A DNA stretch of 62,993 bases, the filler included, from Reticulomyxa filosa (lineage: Eukaryota; Protista; Foraminifera): assembly GCA_000512085.1 (NCBI GenBank). It is 17 parts of 17 records of this genome, joined end to end, with 100 filler letters (N's around TTAATTAATTAA, not from the genome) between each part and the next. Parts side by side here need not be neighbours in the genome. Positions count along the whole stretch, not along the records: positions 31,394 to 40,985 come from ASPP01010372.1; positions 41,086 to 42,245 come from ASPP01026435.1; positions 42,346 to 47,348 come from ASPP01027204.1; positions 47,449 to 53,884 come from ASPP01023546.1; 13 more parts are not named here. One strand, given 5' to 3'. The notes beneath the pieces were generated by a model that had not been told where the DNA came from, made no database searches, and was given only the letters and a program-made list of their open reading frames with translations. Every line of letters begins with the position of its first letter. Position 1 is the first letter of the stretch. A program made the position numbers and the translations under genes. This document shows positions 35,801 through 48,824 of this stretch, in pieces.

Positions 35801-38800
35801 AAAAAAAGATGATGTAGACAAACTTGTTGAAAAAAGCGTCAATAAGTTGCAAAGCATCGTTATATTGTGGGACAGATTGCTCCCATCGTTGTTGAGCTCG
35901 ATAAAAATCTCCACTACAAATATGTTGGTCAATTTTCATAAAATGAAAAAACTGGCTTGCCCAAGGTGTGCCTCGGCTGATGCTTGTGAACATTCGGTGT
36001 TTCAACTGTTCGATGCCCATGACATCATTGTGCAAAAGTTTCCACTGGGAAATATTTTCATTGCTGCATTTCAATTGGGAAGAGAGCATTTCCTCGGTTG
36101 CCGCTTCTTGGGGTTTTTGTTTGCACTGAATTTTGCATACATCCATGGCAAAGATGTGTCGGTGCGTATTTGCGAGCAAATTATTGGAAGCTTTTTCACC
36201 ATGTTTGAAGTGATACAAGGATAAGTTGGGTTCATGTTTAATATCATAAATGAAGCCCAAACATCGCAACATGTTCAAAAACTCGGAGAGTAGACCATAC
36301 TCGGTTGGATAGTGATACAGCATGGAAACGTTTTTGGAATTGAAGTGTTTCCATTCGTGGGTTTGTTTACGAATCTGATGCAAGTGGTCGACAAATGTGC
36401 CAAGGGTCAATTTGCCCTCTTTTTTTTTGGGGTCATCATTGCCGCTGTGGGCTTGAATAAATTGCTGAGTCAGCCGTTCGACCAATCGTACATACATTTG
36501 CAATGAGTCGCGCGCGCACTTTTCAACGTTCAACTGGTTGACGGGATCATTGCAATTACCGGCCCTTGGCACTGTGCATGACAGTTCCACAATGCAACTT
36601 TTGATTTTGGCGATCAAAAAGATCTCTTCCCAGGTCTTGGCTGCTGAAGTAGTGGTCGTTGTGCTTTTCATTTCCAATTCTTGCAACATGTCCCACAGCT
36701 CGGACAAGGACTCGCTTGTATTCACAATGCAACTTTGGAAAAAGTAATACAATACGCAAATTAATCCACTACGTGCGTTGACATTTTATTGTCTTTGTCT
36801 TTTTCGTGTTCGTTGTTCTTTGCATTTGTATTTGCATCACTTTTTTTTCTTTTTTCCAATATCTCGTTTGAGCTACTTGGATCGATCACCTCTTGTCTTA
36901 CTTCTTCAAATATTTGCTGTGCTTGTGCAGTATGCCCAAGACGGTGGTAACTTTGTCCTAGCCAGCAAAAACACAAATAACGATACTCTTTGCAATACAT
37001 GTTCACGTCGGATAATGTGGACAGCAATCGTATCATTGCGTCCAAAACGAATATTTCATGCGGAATCAAATTGTACAAATGTAACACATCTAACAACACT
37101 TGCAAGTTGTCAATTGTATCGTATACGTCACAAAAACTTTGGTGGCATTGGTCACACTGAAATACTGTCATGTCTCCTTCCTTTTCTTTTTCTCTTTCTT
37201 TTGCTGTGCTATCTGTCTCTGAATCAACATTTAATCGAGACTTGGCTTTTTTTGTCTGTCATTTTTGTTAATATTATTATTAACATTGTTCTCTTTCAAA
37301 TTTCGATGCACTTGTAAATGATCGCATTTTTTATGGCATTGGCGCTGGATCAAGTCAGTCCACAAATCCATGGCCTCAAAAAAGTGCGAAAAACCAAAAT
37401 TTGTATCTTGCAATTCATCTCCATGCTTGTTTGCACTTAGGATGATTGATAACTGCTCCATTATCGCTTTCTTGCACGCTTGCATTTCCCGCTTGCAAAT
37501 TCCCAACCACAAGTGTGCACTAGCTAACATGTCATCCACTTTTTCTTTCTGTGTTTTCATGTACGCAACCATGTGTGTATATATATATATATAGTCGTAC
37601 ATAATCTACGTATATGCATATGTACATAAATATACATAAATATACGTATATACACATATATAGCATTTGTACTGTCTCTTTCGCACACATACACATACCA
37701 AGCTTTCATCTGAAATATTTGTGTTGCATTCTTTGGAGCGCTGTAACAAGTCAAGTGCATTTTCCAAAAGAGTGACAGGATTGCGAGTCTGCCAATAAGA
37801 TTCCTCCACCTCTGGATCGTCGTTCGGGTTCGGATCTGTGCCGGATCTGTGAGACGTTTGGTGGTCATACACAGAAGACCAATCATTGTCGGAAGGAAAG
37901 AGCAAATGAGTCTGTCGTGCTTCATCCTTTTCATCGGCCATGATAATATCCAGTTTTTCCAAGTCGAAACCATTCAGGTTGCCTTCCATTTTGTTCTCTT
38001 TATCATTCGCGTTGCCATTGCCTTGCAAATCGTCGATCAAGGGTTGCATCACACGCAGCAGTTTTGCCAATCGAATCAACGTCTGCGCGCGTTCAATGCA
38101 ATACACATCTTCATCCACATAGCATCGTTCGAGAAGCGTTTCCAATACCTGTTGGTGATATTTATCAGTTGTGACACAACACATTGTTGACATTGGGACA
38201 TTACAAAATAAATATACGTATTTTTTTTTTTGCAAAAAAAAAAAAAAAGAAAAGAAACTTCGATTTGATGTTCGATAACAATTGGACTACTTCCACAACG
38301 TTGATAAACTTTCAGTTGCCCCTCAAGCAATTGAATGATAAGTTTGGGATGAAACGCTTTGAAATCGACACTGCCAATGTTTTCCAAAACATCCATCAAG
38401 GATAGAGAGCAACGTCGTTGTTGTTGCTGTTGTTCAGAAGACTTGGTTTGAGTGTTTTGCTTTTGACTGGTCAATTGATAATTGACAAAGGACTGCAACA
38501 GCAATAGCAAATTGGGATGCTTTGCGCGTTTGAGGTCGATGGTGTTGGCCATGTACTTGACATTAAGTCGTTCAAGTTCTCTCACGATGGACCGTCCAAT
38601 CATTTCATAACCTTTTTGCACTTGCTCGCAATGCAGCAGACATGTGCTTAGCATTTTTTCGCAATAACTTAGCATTTTATGATCTCCATACAGTGTACAA
38701 ATGCTTTTACCATTTCGGTTATTTCCACCACCCTGTCGTAGTCCTTTCGGTGATTGTATGCAGCAACGGCAATGTTATACGCTCTTTTCATTTTTTTTTT

Positions 38801-40951
38801 TTTTGGTCATTGTATTATATTGTTTTTTGTATGCATACATATATATTCCATTGCATTGCATTGCATTGGTATCTTGTTTTCATTTCAAAGACACGTGGTT
38901 AACTTGCCAATGAAATGGGATACAAAGTCCTTGTCCGAACACGGATTATTGGGCGGAGATAAAAATTTGTACGTTTTTTTGATGATGGACACGACGTCAT
39001 CCAACGATGGAATTGCAGGATGTGGAGACGTTTGCATCGCTTGTTGCTTGCGAGTGTTTTCTTCAAGCATACCACCGCACGCCAGCAAACTTTCCCACAA
39101 ACGATATAATGCATTGCTACCAACCTTTTTTTTTTTATCGATACAAATCAATAGTAATAATAATATATATTATATATGTATATATATATATATATTTATT
39201 GTTATTATTATTATTATTATTGGAAGGAGGAAAAAAAAAACTGTTAGTTTGTTGTAATCGAGATTGCCCCAAAGATCAATCATTTTGGAAATCAATTCTC
39301 TGAAATGCAATAACAGTTTTGTCACACACGTCACGACTTGCAGCTGCATGGCTTTATGCTCTTTTTCAAGTGGCAGATTGGCCACCTCCAAAAAATGCTG
39401 GATCTCAAACACCACGTTCGAGCTGTGCTTAATGCATTGCAGCAACAATTTCAACAGACGGTTGTCGTGCTTTTCATTGCCAACGTTGGACGCTGTCACT
39501 GCCATGTCTTCCGATTGTTGCAGCTTTTGAAAAAACGACACGTTTAGTGTAGAGTGGTACACTTCCAACAGCGATTGAAAATCCGCCCACAACGAGTCCA
39601 GCGATTGAACAAACATCTTCCATTGCGTGTTGCGATGTGTCATCGCATATTGACTTATCGACACGCAATATATGGTTCGACATAATATCAGATAAAATAA
39701 CTTCAACTCTTTTTCATCTTTCTATATTTTACATCAGTGTAACAATTGTCCAAAGGGTTTCTATATATACACATATGTATGTACACATATAAGTTTCTTA
39801 CTTTAGACATTTCAATGTACTCCTCACAGCACTTTAGATTCGATTGCAAATATTCCAACTTTATCACTTTTTTGCACTATTGTTTTGTTTATGTGTATGT
39901 GTGTGTGTACTGTGTGTGTGTACTGTGTGCGTGCATGCGCGCATGTTTACGTATGTGTTGCTAGCGAATGCAATACACATAACACAACTTGTGCAATGTC
40001 GATCATGTAGTCCATGTACCAATTGACACACGACGTATGACAACGCATTGACTTTTGAGTCTCACATTTTTCCCACAGTTGTAGCACCATCTTCCGAAAT
40101 CTTACCAATTGCCAATCGCCTTTTCACAAATACATAAAGACACACATATACATATATATATATATATATTTTTTTTTTTATATTAAGTCCTATACTTAAT
40201 ATTATAATGCATTGGTCTCAAACGTAACCAAAGTTGTCTTGAATATATTTGGCGTAGATTTGTGACATATTCCAAAATGAAACAACTGCATCAAATTTTT
40301 TAGTGTCGTCGCCATTGTGATTATTTGTTCCATCTGACACGCGTCCTTTCATATTCGCCAATATGTACAGTACATTACAGCGCCATTTCAATTGCAATTT
40401 CATCACATCTTCCGTTATTTTCTCCTTGTCTATTTGTCCAACAAATCAAGTCACCAACAACAGCAAAACGTGGGGTGAGAAGGTTTTTGTTGTTTTTGTT
40501 TTTTTTTTTTCTCCTCCTCTCCCGTTCTAATTCGTTTGGAAGGTCGCATGCTGCACGTTGCATCTTATATGTTGCATGCCGCGCGCATGTGCAAAAAAAA
40601 AAAAAAGAGCATGTAAAGTAAGTAAAAGTAAGTAACAAAGCATACCAGAAAATATTGAAGAATGATATGTTACAATTTTGTTGGTCAATCGAAAGCACTG
40701 ATCCAAGTATTTCTCGTTCCATTCGCATCTGTTCACGCATATTGTGTATTTTAAATATAGTTATAAAACAAAACAAAATACACACACTTTGGATTGATCT
40801 TGCACAATTCGACAGCTTTTAAAATCAAATTCATTGCGACTTCGTGTTGGCTAATCATATTTGCATCGCTTTTGTACAACTCAATTAAGCAGCGTGATTT
40901 GGCACACATGGACGAAGCTACCAGACCATAATATTCTTCCGCATCTGTCAA
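32811..40951 (-). CDS. ESP1: Separase (peptidase C50), multi-exon, 5' end beyond contig
   Basis: WWDLRRKLD, QIAWESLP, YYIINPRGDL, LLYVGHNGG (catalytic His), FLMGCSS (catalytic Cys), VVANLWDVTDGDID and SRNACKMRYLNGCAPVCYG. A long helical N-terminal region is spread over many exons. Confidence 0.95.
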
Positions 40952-41279
40952 GCAAGAGAGGGAGGGGGGGGGTTTACAATATGTANNNNNNNNNNNNNNN
41001 NNNNNNNNNNNNNNNNNNNNNNNNNNNNNTTAATTAATTAANNNNNNNNNNNNNNNNNNNNNNNNNNNNNNNNNNNNNNNNNNNNTAATTTCAATTTTAA
41101 ATTTTTTCTTTTATTATTTAAAAATGAAATTGAATGTCATTTTTCCATATAATCTTCATGTTAGAAAAGCAAAATTGATGATCAATAAATATTATATAAA
41201 AAAATGAAAATAAAATATATTGTATATACTAGAAAATAACTTCGAAAAAAATTATAATAGGACGAAAAAATAGAAAGCA

Positions 41280-41960
41280 CGAGCTATCGTTTGATGAAAG
41301 TAAAAATAATGAAATACATAACGATTTGAACAAGGCCAGTCATAAAGTAATACAATAGTGTCAGAAATTTTTAACAATAATGACACGAACATGTTTAAAC
41401 AAAGTCAAGACTTGTTGCAACAAATTCAACAGTCAGTTTAACACATTTAACAATCGATTCAACAAAATCAACTAATGAGTGAGTTGGATAAGCAACATCA
41501 AATATTGGTGCAACAAAATGAAAAAATTGAAATTTTGATTAAGCGGTCAACACAATCGCTGCAACTATTCGAGCAAAAAATTCAAAATGTCTGGACGAGA
41601 AAGAACATTTTGCTCAGCAAATTAGAAAATTGGAATATAAAAATAAGCTCTTACAAGAAAAGGTAACGCTATTTGGCGCTTTATCTGATGTGTTAATAAT
41701 AAAAAAAGAACAATTGAAAAAGTGGACATATATTGTCCTTTTGATAGATACGAAAGATTTGCAAAGAAACAGTCAATGAGCAATGATTATAATAAAAAAA
41801 ATATAATTTAATTAACACTTTTTTTTTATTAATAGTGCTTTGTCAAAAATTTTTGTATTTTTTATCGAATTCAAATATTCAAAAATGCAAATGCATCAAG
41901 AATATGCAGAGGGCATTCGAAATAGCAACGACAAAGACAGCGATCCAAAATCTTACATAA
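41280..41960 (+). pseudogene. Degenerate coiled-coil coding remnant
   Basis: Short Gln/Leu/Lys-rich frames (MSELDKQHQILVQQNEKIEIL) broken by stops. No family recognised. Confidence 0.3.
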
Positions 41961-43493
41961 TGCATAATGTATATCATTATTTTTTGTTGTGTACAATATT
42001 ACATTTCTTAAAAACAGAACTTGTAATAAAACGCAAACACGAAATACTTTTGTTAACATTGTAGTGGAGATATGTTCATACAAATAACAGCTTAATATAA
42101 AGTAGTTATGTAAAATTTCAGTTAAATATTGATGTTCTGCAAGTACGTGTAGATTATGCACACGACCTCTTACATTTTTTAAAATGATTTTCGGTATCAT
42201 AATTATTTCGCTAATATTAACTAATTTTTGTAAAAAAAAAAATGTNNNNNNNNNNNNNNNNNNNNNNNNNNNNNNNNNNNNNNNNNNNNTTAATTAATTA
42301 ANNNNNNNNNNNNNNNNNNNNNNNNNNNNNNNNNNNNNNNNNNNNTTTTTTTTTTTTCATGAAATTAAAAACATAATTTGGTCTGCATTCAATGGATATT
42401 TCAATTATGGAATGCTTTACATTTGAATGCGCAAACTTAAGGTTGAAAAGAGAAAAAAAGTTTTTTATTAAGTAAAATAACACAATTATTGAGACAATTT
42501 TTGCAAACAAAAAGACTTTTCACGGATATAACGTAACTGGGTTGACACGTTGGACATACGGTATATTGCCATGTTTATATAAGGAAACATAAAAGTAGAT
42601 TCGAGTTAGCCGTGCATCTTTAACGAATGAAAAGGTAGATTATTAACATAAGGGTCTTTGAGAATAGCAAAATATTTTTTAGCACAATCAACAAAAGCTG
42701 TTTTTTTAAAGATTTTCCTTCGTATCGATATAGATCTACAAAAAGAAGAGAATTTGTATTTATTTATCTTTATTACAAATATATGCTCGAATTTGAAGGG
42801 AATTAGTACTTTGACAAGTAGAAACTCTAGAGAAGTCAATATTGTTGGCAGGGCCACTAAACTTGTGAATTTCTACTGTATGATAAAGAAAATAAGATTT
42901 TTTATAAATATCTGCAAGTGTTGTTTTATCAAAATTAAAATTGACTCTTCAATTGTGGACAAAACTCATTTTTTCATATTCACTTATAAATTTTGCAAGA
43001 AATAGAAAATAATATCTAGAAAAGTAAAACCCATGAATTGGTTCTTTTCATACAAACAAAGCATTTAAAATAAATACTTTTACATTGAATTAGATACAAA
43101 CAAAAGAATTATCATGCAATCATTGTCAACATATTTATAGCGTAGTTCCAATGTCAAATAAAATGAAAGGAGAGCAAACATTTCCCTTTCTCATTTTCTA
43201 AAATATTTAATTTCTCAACTGTGGCACACGTTGTAAGCATTATTCAAAATATTTGAAGAGAAGACCAAAAAAGATTAAACGAATAAGCATATCCTTCAAA
43301 TACTGCAGATAAATCTATTTGAAAAATATGTCAATCGAAACTTTTTAAAAAACTTCAAATATATTAACAAAAAATTCATATTTAGATGTCAATTCTTGTT
43401 TACTTAATTATCCAACAACACAAACAAACAACCCAAATGACTTTACAACACATTTCAAATTTAAATCCAATTTATGTTTTGAATTAAACAAAT

Positions 43494-44576
43494 TTACAAA
43501 TTTTCCAATTTTGATTTTACGTTTTGTGTATTTTTATGACTTGAACCAAATTTTTGAGTAAAAATAGACAACACATTTTCATAACACTTCTTTGCCTCTA
43601 TTTTGTCTCCTTTTTTACAATAGATATCTCCTAAAATATTATATGAAATAACAACATCTGGATGATTAGAATCCAATTTATTCAATTCCAATGACTTCTT
43701 TCCCAATTCCATTGCTTTATCATATCCTTGTTTACCACAATAAATTAATGCCAAATTTTTGTATGAAAAAGCAACATGAGGATGACCAGGTCCCAATTTA
43801 TTCAATCAGATTTTCGATGATTTATTGCAATATTCAATTGCTTTATCATATTCTCCTTTTCCATCATATGCTATGCCTAAGCAACCATAAGACTGCGCAA
43901 GGTCAACATGAGAATCAGGTAATGTTTGCAATCCAATACAAAGTGCAAAACGAAAGAACTCAATTGCTTCATCAAATTTGATATATTTAATAAATTGACT
44001 CCTGGCTCGATTAATTTTTCTGTGTTAATAGGCCAATTACAAGCGAAAACATGAGAATTGAAACGACAACGAATAACAGATTTATCTATGTGAATAAAAT
44101 GTCGAATAATATCGCAATTTCCAATTCCATCAATAATACAATCAACAACATAAACACATCCATCAATTGTGATATTATAAAATATAATATTTTTAGAATG
44201 AAATGAACAAATAGAATATGGCCCAATTGTTAATTTCTGTTTCATATATTCATTTGAATTAATCATCGTGAAAAAGGAATATAATTTTGAGATATTTGAT
44301 TATTTGATTTTGCTATTTGGTCAATATTCGTTGAAACTATGATTATTCACTGTTGATTATTATTAATCATTTCATTTACCATTTCACGTGCTTTTTTATT
44401 TGCATTATCCCATTCACTATTTTTATCTAATTCAATTATCTTTTCTTTGGAACGAGTAAAAAATGAAATAGGTTGTATTTTAAATGTGTTTTTTAGTTGT
44501 TGACGCTTGACAACACTTTGACCAATTTTAAAATGGGATATCGGTTCCTTGTTTTATCGTTGCCAGTGAAAGACAT
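43494..44576 (-). pseudogene. TPR (kinesin-light-chain-like TPR_12) repeat family pseudogene
   Basis: LGPGHPHVAFSYKNLALIY and DSNHPDVVISYNILGDIY repeats. The upstream domain (NITIDGCVYVVDC...WPIN) is separated by frameshifts and in-frame stops. Confidence 0.8.
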
Positions 44577-45268
44577 TCGTTTGTTTCGTACTTAATAATT
44601 AGCTGAAACAAAAAAACTTGAAAAAAATTCTTCGTGTTAAATTCCATGACAAGTTTTTTTTCTGAAATAGAATTTTCGAGGACGACCCTTTTTTACGGTA
44701 GACCACTTTTCTTCAACTAAAATCAATTTTGAAATGTTACTTTATGAAACGACCCCAATTTAATATTTTATAACCACAAAATATTTTCAGTGTAAAATCA
44801 ACCATTTTTGATTTGTCCTGTGAGAACGTTTCAAAAATGCACCAATTCAAATGCGGGTTTGATTGATCGGAGAATTGGTGTAGAATAGCAATCCTGCAAT
44901 GAAAATTGAACATTTGTATGAAATAGATTTTTTGTTATTAATTCGTCAAGGATCAACTCACGTCTTTGTGAAAATATAACACCCCTCTCCTCCCACTCCA
45001 AGATCTGGATTCATCACAAATGTTCAATGCAATAGGACATGGAAAAGATTTGTTTTTAAAAAGATTGTTGAACGTTGACACATTTACTAATTGAATAATT
45101 TAAAAAAAACCCAAAGCGGTTATTTCAAATAAAAACAAATAACATGTAATTGAGCGAGAAAAGAAGACGAGAAAAAGAGTGCTTTCAAACAAAGGGAAAA
45201 ATGCAGTTGACCATTTTGGTTAACATTTTACCACATTTCTTCGCTGTTGTCTTCATCTTGGTAATCAT

Positions 45269-45325
45269 CTTCATCCTTATCTTCGTTATTGTCATCTTCA
45301 TCCTTATCTTCGTTATTGTCATCTT
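45269..45325. repeat. 27-bp tandem repeat just past the zinc-finger gene stop
   Basis: cttcatccttatcttcgttattgtcat x2; the minus strand reads EDDNNEDKD repeats. Confidence 0.85.
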
Positions 45326-45328
45326 CTC

Positions 45329-46435
45329 CTAATTTAGTTTGAGTTGATTCCTTGTCTTCTTTGTATTGATACCAAAAGTGTTATATTCAGTTTGATATTG
45401 TCCAAGTCGTGTTGTCAATTCAAAATGCTCTCGATTCATGTTTGATTTGAATTGTTCGAAATCGTCTGTAAGTTTATTTATTCTTTGATCTTTCTTCAAT
45501 AATTCAGCTCTTAAGTTTTGCATTTCATTCTATTTTTTGTGTATATGCGTATACACATAAGCATAGTCGATGTTAGGAAATACAAAATACGTTACATTGA
45601 GTTGTTCAATTTGTTTGCTTTGTTCATTGCTATTCTTTTCAAGCTTTTCGATTTGTTGTCCCTTTTTTTTTTTTTTTTTTTTTTTATTTTTTTTGAATTT
45701 AATTAATTACAAATAAAAAATGTATTATTGTTTGATTGGTTGTCAATTGATGGTTTTTTGATTGGTTGCGAAAAACGATGACAAAACAGTTTGTAATTTT
45801 TCAATTTGTAATTGCGACTGCAAGTCTTTATTGACATCTTGCAGCTGTTTCAGTTGTTCGTTGATCCCATTCAAATGAGTTTGGATCTCTACTGAAACGA
45901 CTTGTTTAATAGAAATTAGTCTGCATGACTTGTCCAAATGATCTTTCACGTCTTTTATTTTTCCTTTAAAGTTACAACTGCGTTTGGGATTGGAATGATT
46001 GGAATTTGATTCTTTTTCATACTCTGCTTTTTCTCCTGACTTTGCTGTTCCTTCATCCGATTGGGAATCCTTATTCAAATCATATTGTCGAGGACAAATG
46101 ACCATCAAATCAGACACCGATTGTCTCACCACTTTGTTCTTCGAAAATTCGCAGTGGTCGTGTTGTTCGCTTGGACATTTTTTATTGTTTTGTTTCAAAT
46201 ACATTTCCAAACATTTTTCGCCAATCAAAAACACTTGCTCTGCATTCTCGTGTTCGTCACAATGCAATTCCACTGCGTTGTTCAGTATTTCATTGCAAAG
46301 ATAACAGGCCAGCGAGTTCAGTTTTTGTGAGTCATTTGTCAACGACACCCAATCTTTATTGTAACAATCAGAAGCGGAAAAAATCTCTTTGTTCACATCT
46401 ACTCCTTTCTCTTCTTCATCTATTATCAGCGTCAT
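45329..46435 (-). CDS. RING/TRAF-type zinc-finger protein with coiled coil (3 exons)
   Basis: CYLCNEILNNAVELHCDEH...GEKCLEMYLKQNNKKCP..QHDHC, then VICPRQ...CNFKGKIKDVKDHLDKSC (TRAF-type finger), then heptad repeats. Confidence 0.82.
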
Positions 46436-46921
46436 CTTTCGAGGTTTTTTTTTAAAAAAAAAAGGGGGGGACGGATTTCTAGTCCGAGTACTTTTCAGTA
46501 AGGACAAGTACATTTAAATCAACGAAAATAGAAATGACAAAAACAGAAGAAGAAAAAATAGAAAGTGAAGTAAATTGGTAGAGAAATTTTTGAGAAAAAG
46601 GGATTCTAAGCTTCACTTGAACCTTGACACCAAACAGTAGAAGTGCTGTATCATTCATCTTATGTGTAATGATTTTTTTGTTGAATTGGTTGCTTTTTTC
46701 TGGGAATGGAGAAAAAAATTTTTTGACGACATGCATTGTAAATTATTTTTACAATACTTGGCACAAAGAATGTAAATGGTATTGCAACACAGCAATGAAA
46801 TAATGAAATGTTGGTTGCATTAGTGTCTCTCTCGAATAATGGAAGCAGTGAAAAAGACACAAAAATCGTAATGTACATAAAACCGATTAATCAAACAAAA
46901 AAAAAAAAAAAGAAAAAAGGA

Positions 46922-47259
46922 TCAACTCCTACTGTATCCAAAATACCCAAATTGTAAAATAACATCGAATTTGCTTTTGAGGATATCATACGAGCCATAA
47001 TTTGGAATATACAACGAGTAGCTGCAAGTGCTCGCTTCTGGCAAAGGAGCGGAAGCGTTTTGATCTCGTTTGGATATGCTGATCGACCATCGTTCGTGTT
47101 TGTGGGTGGAGTGGTTACTTTTGCTGAATCCGTATAATGGCAAACTGCAAGTGCCACTCCAAAACAACAGCAAATGTTTTAAGCCTTCTTTGTTTAATGA
47201 CTTTACATAGGTCCAGAACCATTGGATCACTTTGTCATTCGCCGAACAGCTGCTATAGT
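46922..47259 (-). CDS. HECT E3 ubiquitin ligase, last exon
   Basis: VIQWFWTYVKSL...LLLFWSG..LPLYGF...LPEASTCSYSLYIPNYGSYDILKSKF is a HECT C-lobe with the catalytic Cys. Confidence 0.9.
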
Positions 47260-47594
47260 CTACATACTTTTGCCACTCTTCAATATCAATACTAATAACA
47301 ACAAAAAGACATATTTATTACCAATCACATATATATATATATATATATNNNNNNNNNNNNNNNNNNNNNNNNNNNNNNNNNNNNNNNNNNNNTTAATTAA
47401 TTAANNNNNNNNNNNNNNNNNNNNNNNNNNNNNNNNNNNNNNNNNNNNTTTTTTTTTTTTTTGAAAGATTGCAAACTTTTTTTTTTTTTTTTACATTTTT
47501 TATAAATTTTTTTTTTTGACCAGTGGTTTTTTTTTTGTCCCTTTTTTTTTTTAATATAAAAAAAAACAAAACAAAACAATTGCGATTGGAATAG

Positions 47595-48412
47595 ACAACC
47601 AATCGAAGCAAATATTGCTTATTCAAGACAACGGACATACTGAAGGCATTCCGTGAGGGGAAACGTCCAAACGCGGGGCCCCCGAGCGGCGGGAACGATG
47701 AGGAGTTGGAAAAAGAGCTGAAAAAAATAACCGCGGAGGACGACAATGATGACACGAACCAACAAGATGACTTGAATAAGTCCGTGGGGTCCAACCAACC
47801 TCTGCCGAGTAACAATAGCAACTGGGGAGATGGAACGGAAGGTAACAGTAATGGCAATGGCAATGCTGATATCAACGCCATAGGCAATGGTCATGGCAGT
47901 GGTGATGGTAATGACGATGGTAATGACGATGACAATAACAACAACAGTAAGACAAAGTATGACAATTTTTCTTCTCATCCGGATCCGTCGGCCAATATCC
48001 CAAATTCCAATTATTCTGCTTTTTCTAATCCGATGTATCCTTCCGATTCCACTAACATCCATCCCAGTTCCACTCACACTGATGTCAATGCGTTTTCCTA
48101 CAACAAACCTCAACCTAAAAGTACTCCCACTCATTATGGAAATGTCAACAAGTTCTTTTTTTTTTTATTTTTAAAAAAAAATTTGGCTCTTTTTTATACC
48201 CCCCCCCTTTTAACCCCTCTTTGCCCTAATCTATCTCCTAATGCATACACAGTCCAAAGTTCAAGAAAATTGCAAACCGAACTGCTGCATGTGGAGAAGC
48301 GGAAAAGATTATGAAACATGCGTACTCTGCCATGAAGTTCAATGATGTCAATACTGCGATCGACAAATTGGAAGAAGCACTTTTCATTTTACAACCACAT
48401 CAAAACACTTGA
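47595..48412 (+). CDS. VTA1: VTA1/LIP5 (Vps4 cofactor), 3' part, 2 exons
   Basis: End of MIT2 (KYCLFKTTDILKAFREGKRPNAGPP), a low-complexity linker, and the VSL domain AEKIMKHAYSAMKFNDVNTAIDKLEEAL. Stop TGA at 48410-48412. Confidence 0.85.
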
Positions 48413-48824
48413 AAGGAAAACATTTTGAAAAACATAATGTTCTTTTTATCTTTGATCTTCCTCTCCCTCCTTTACGGTGTGTTAAGAGCTAAGCTCTTCC
48501 CAAACTGTTCGTCATATGTATCGAAAAATTGACGATTGTCAAGAGAGTTTAAGGAGACAAAGTTCCCACTCAACATAAAATATTGGAGTGTTTTGATGGG
48601 GAAAAATATAACTAGACTAAGTTTCATACAATTCATACTTATTTGTTTCAAAAGAATTCAGCTTTATCTATACATGTGTTCGTAGCGAAAATTGGGTGCT
48701 TTTTTGCATTTTAAGACAACTTCAATTGGCAGGTAAGTGGGACCAATTCTTGTGAAAAGGGTTTTGTACTGAAATTCTTTCAAAACTACGTCTACAAATT
48801 TGCATAAGTGGGGAAGGAAAAAAA

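Noticed and set aside
37560-40180. (TA)n, (TG)n and poly-A/T tracts as regulatory elements
   Set aside because: They are ordinary intronic microsatellites found throughout the window.
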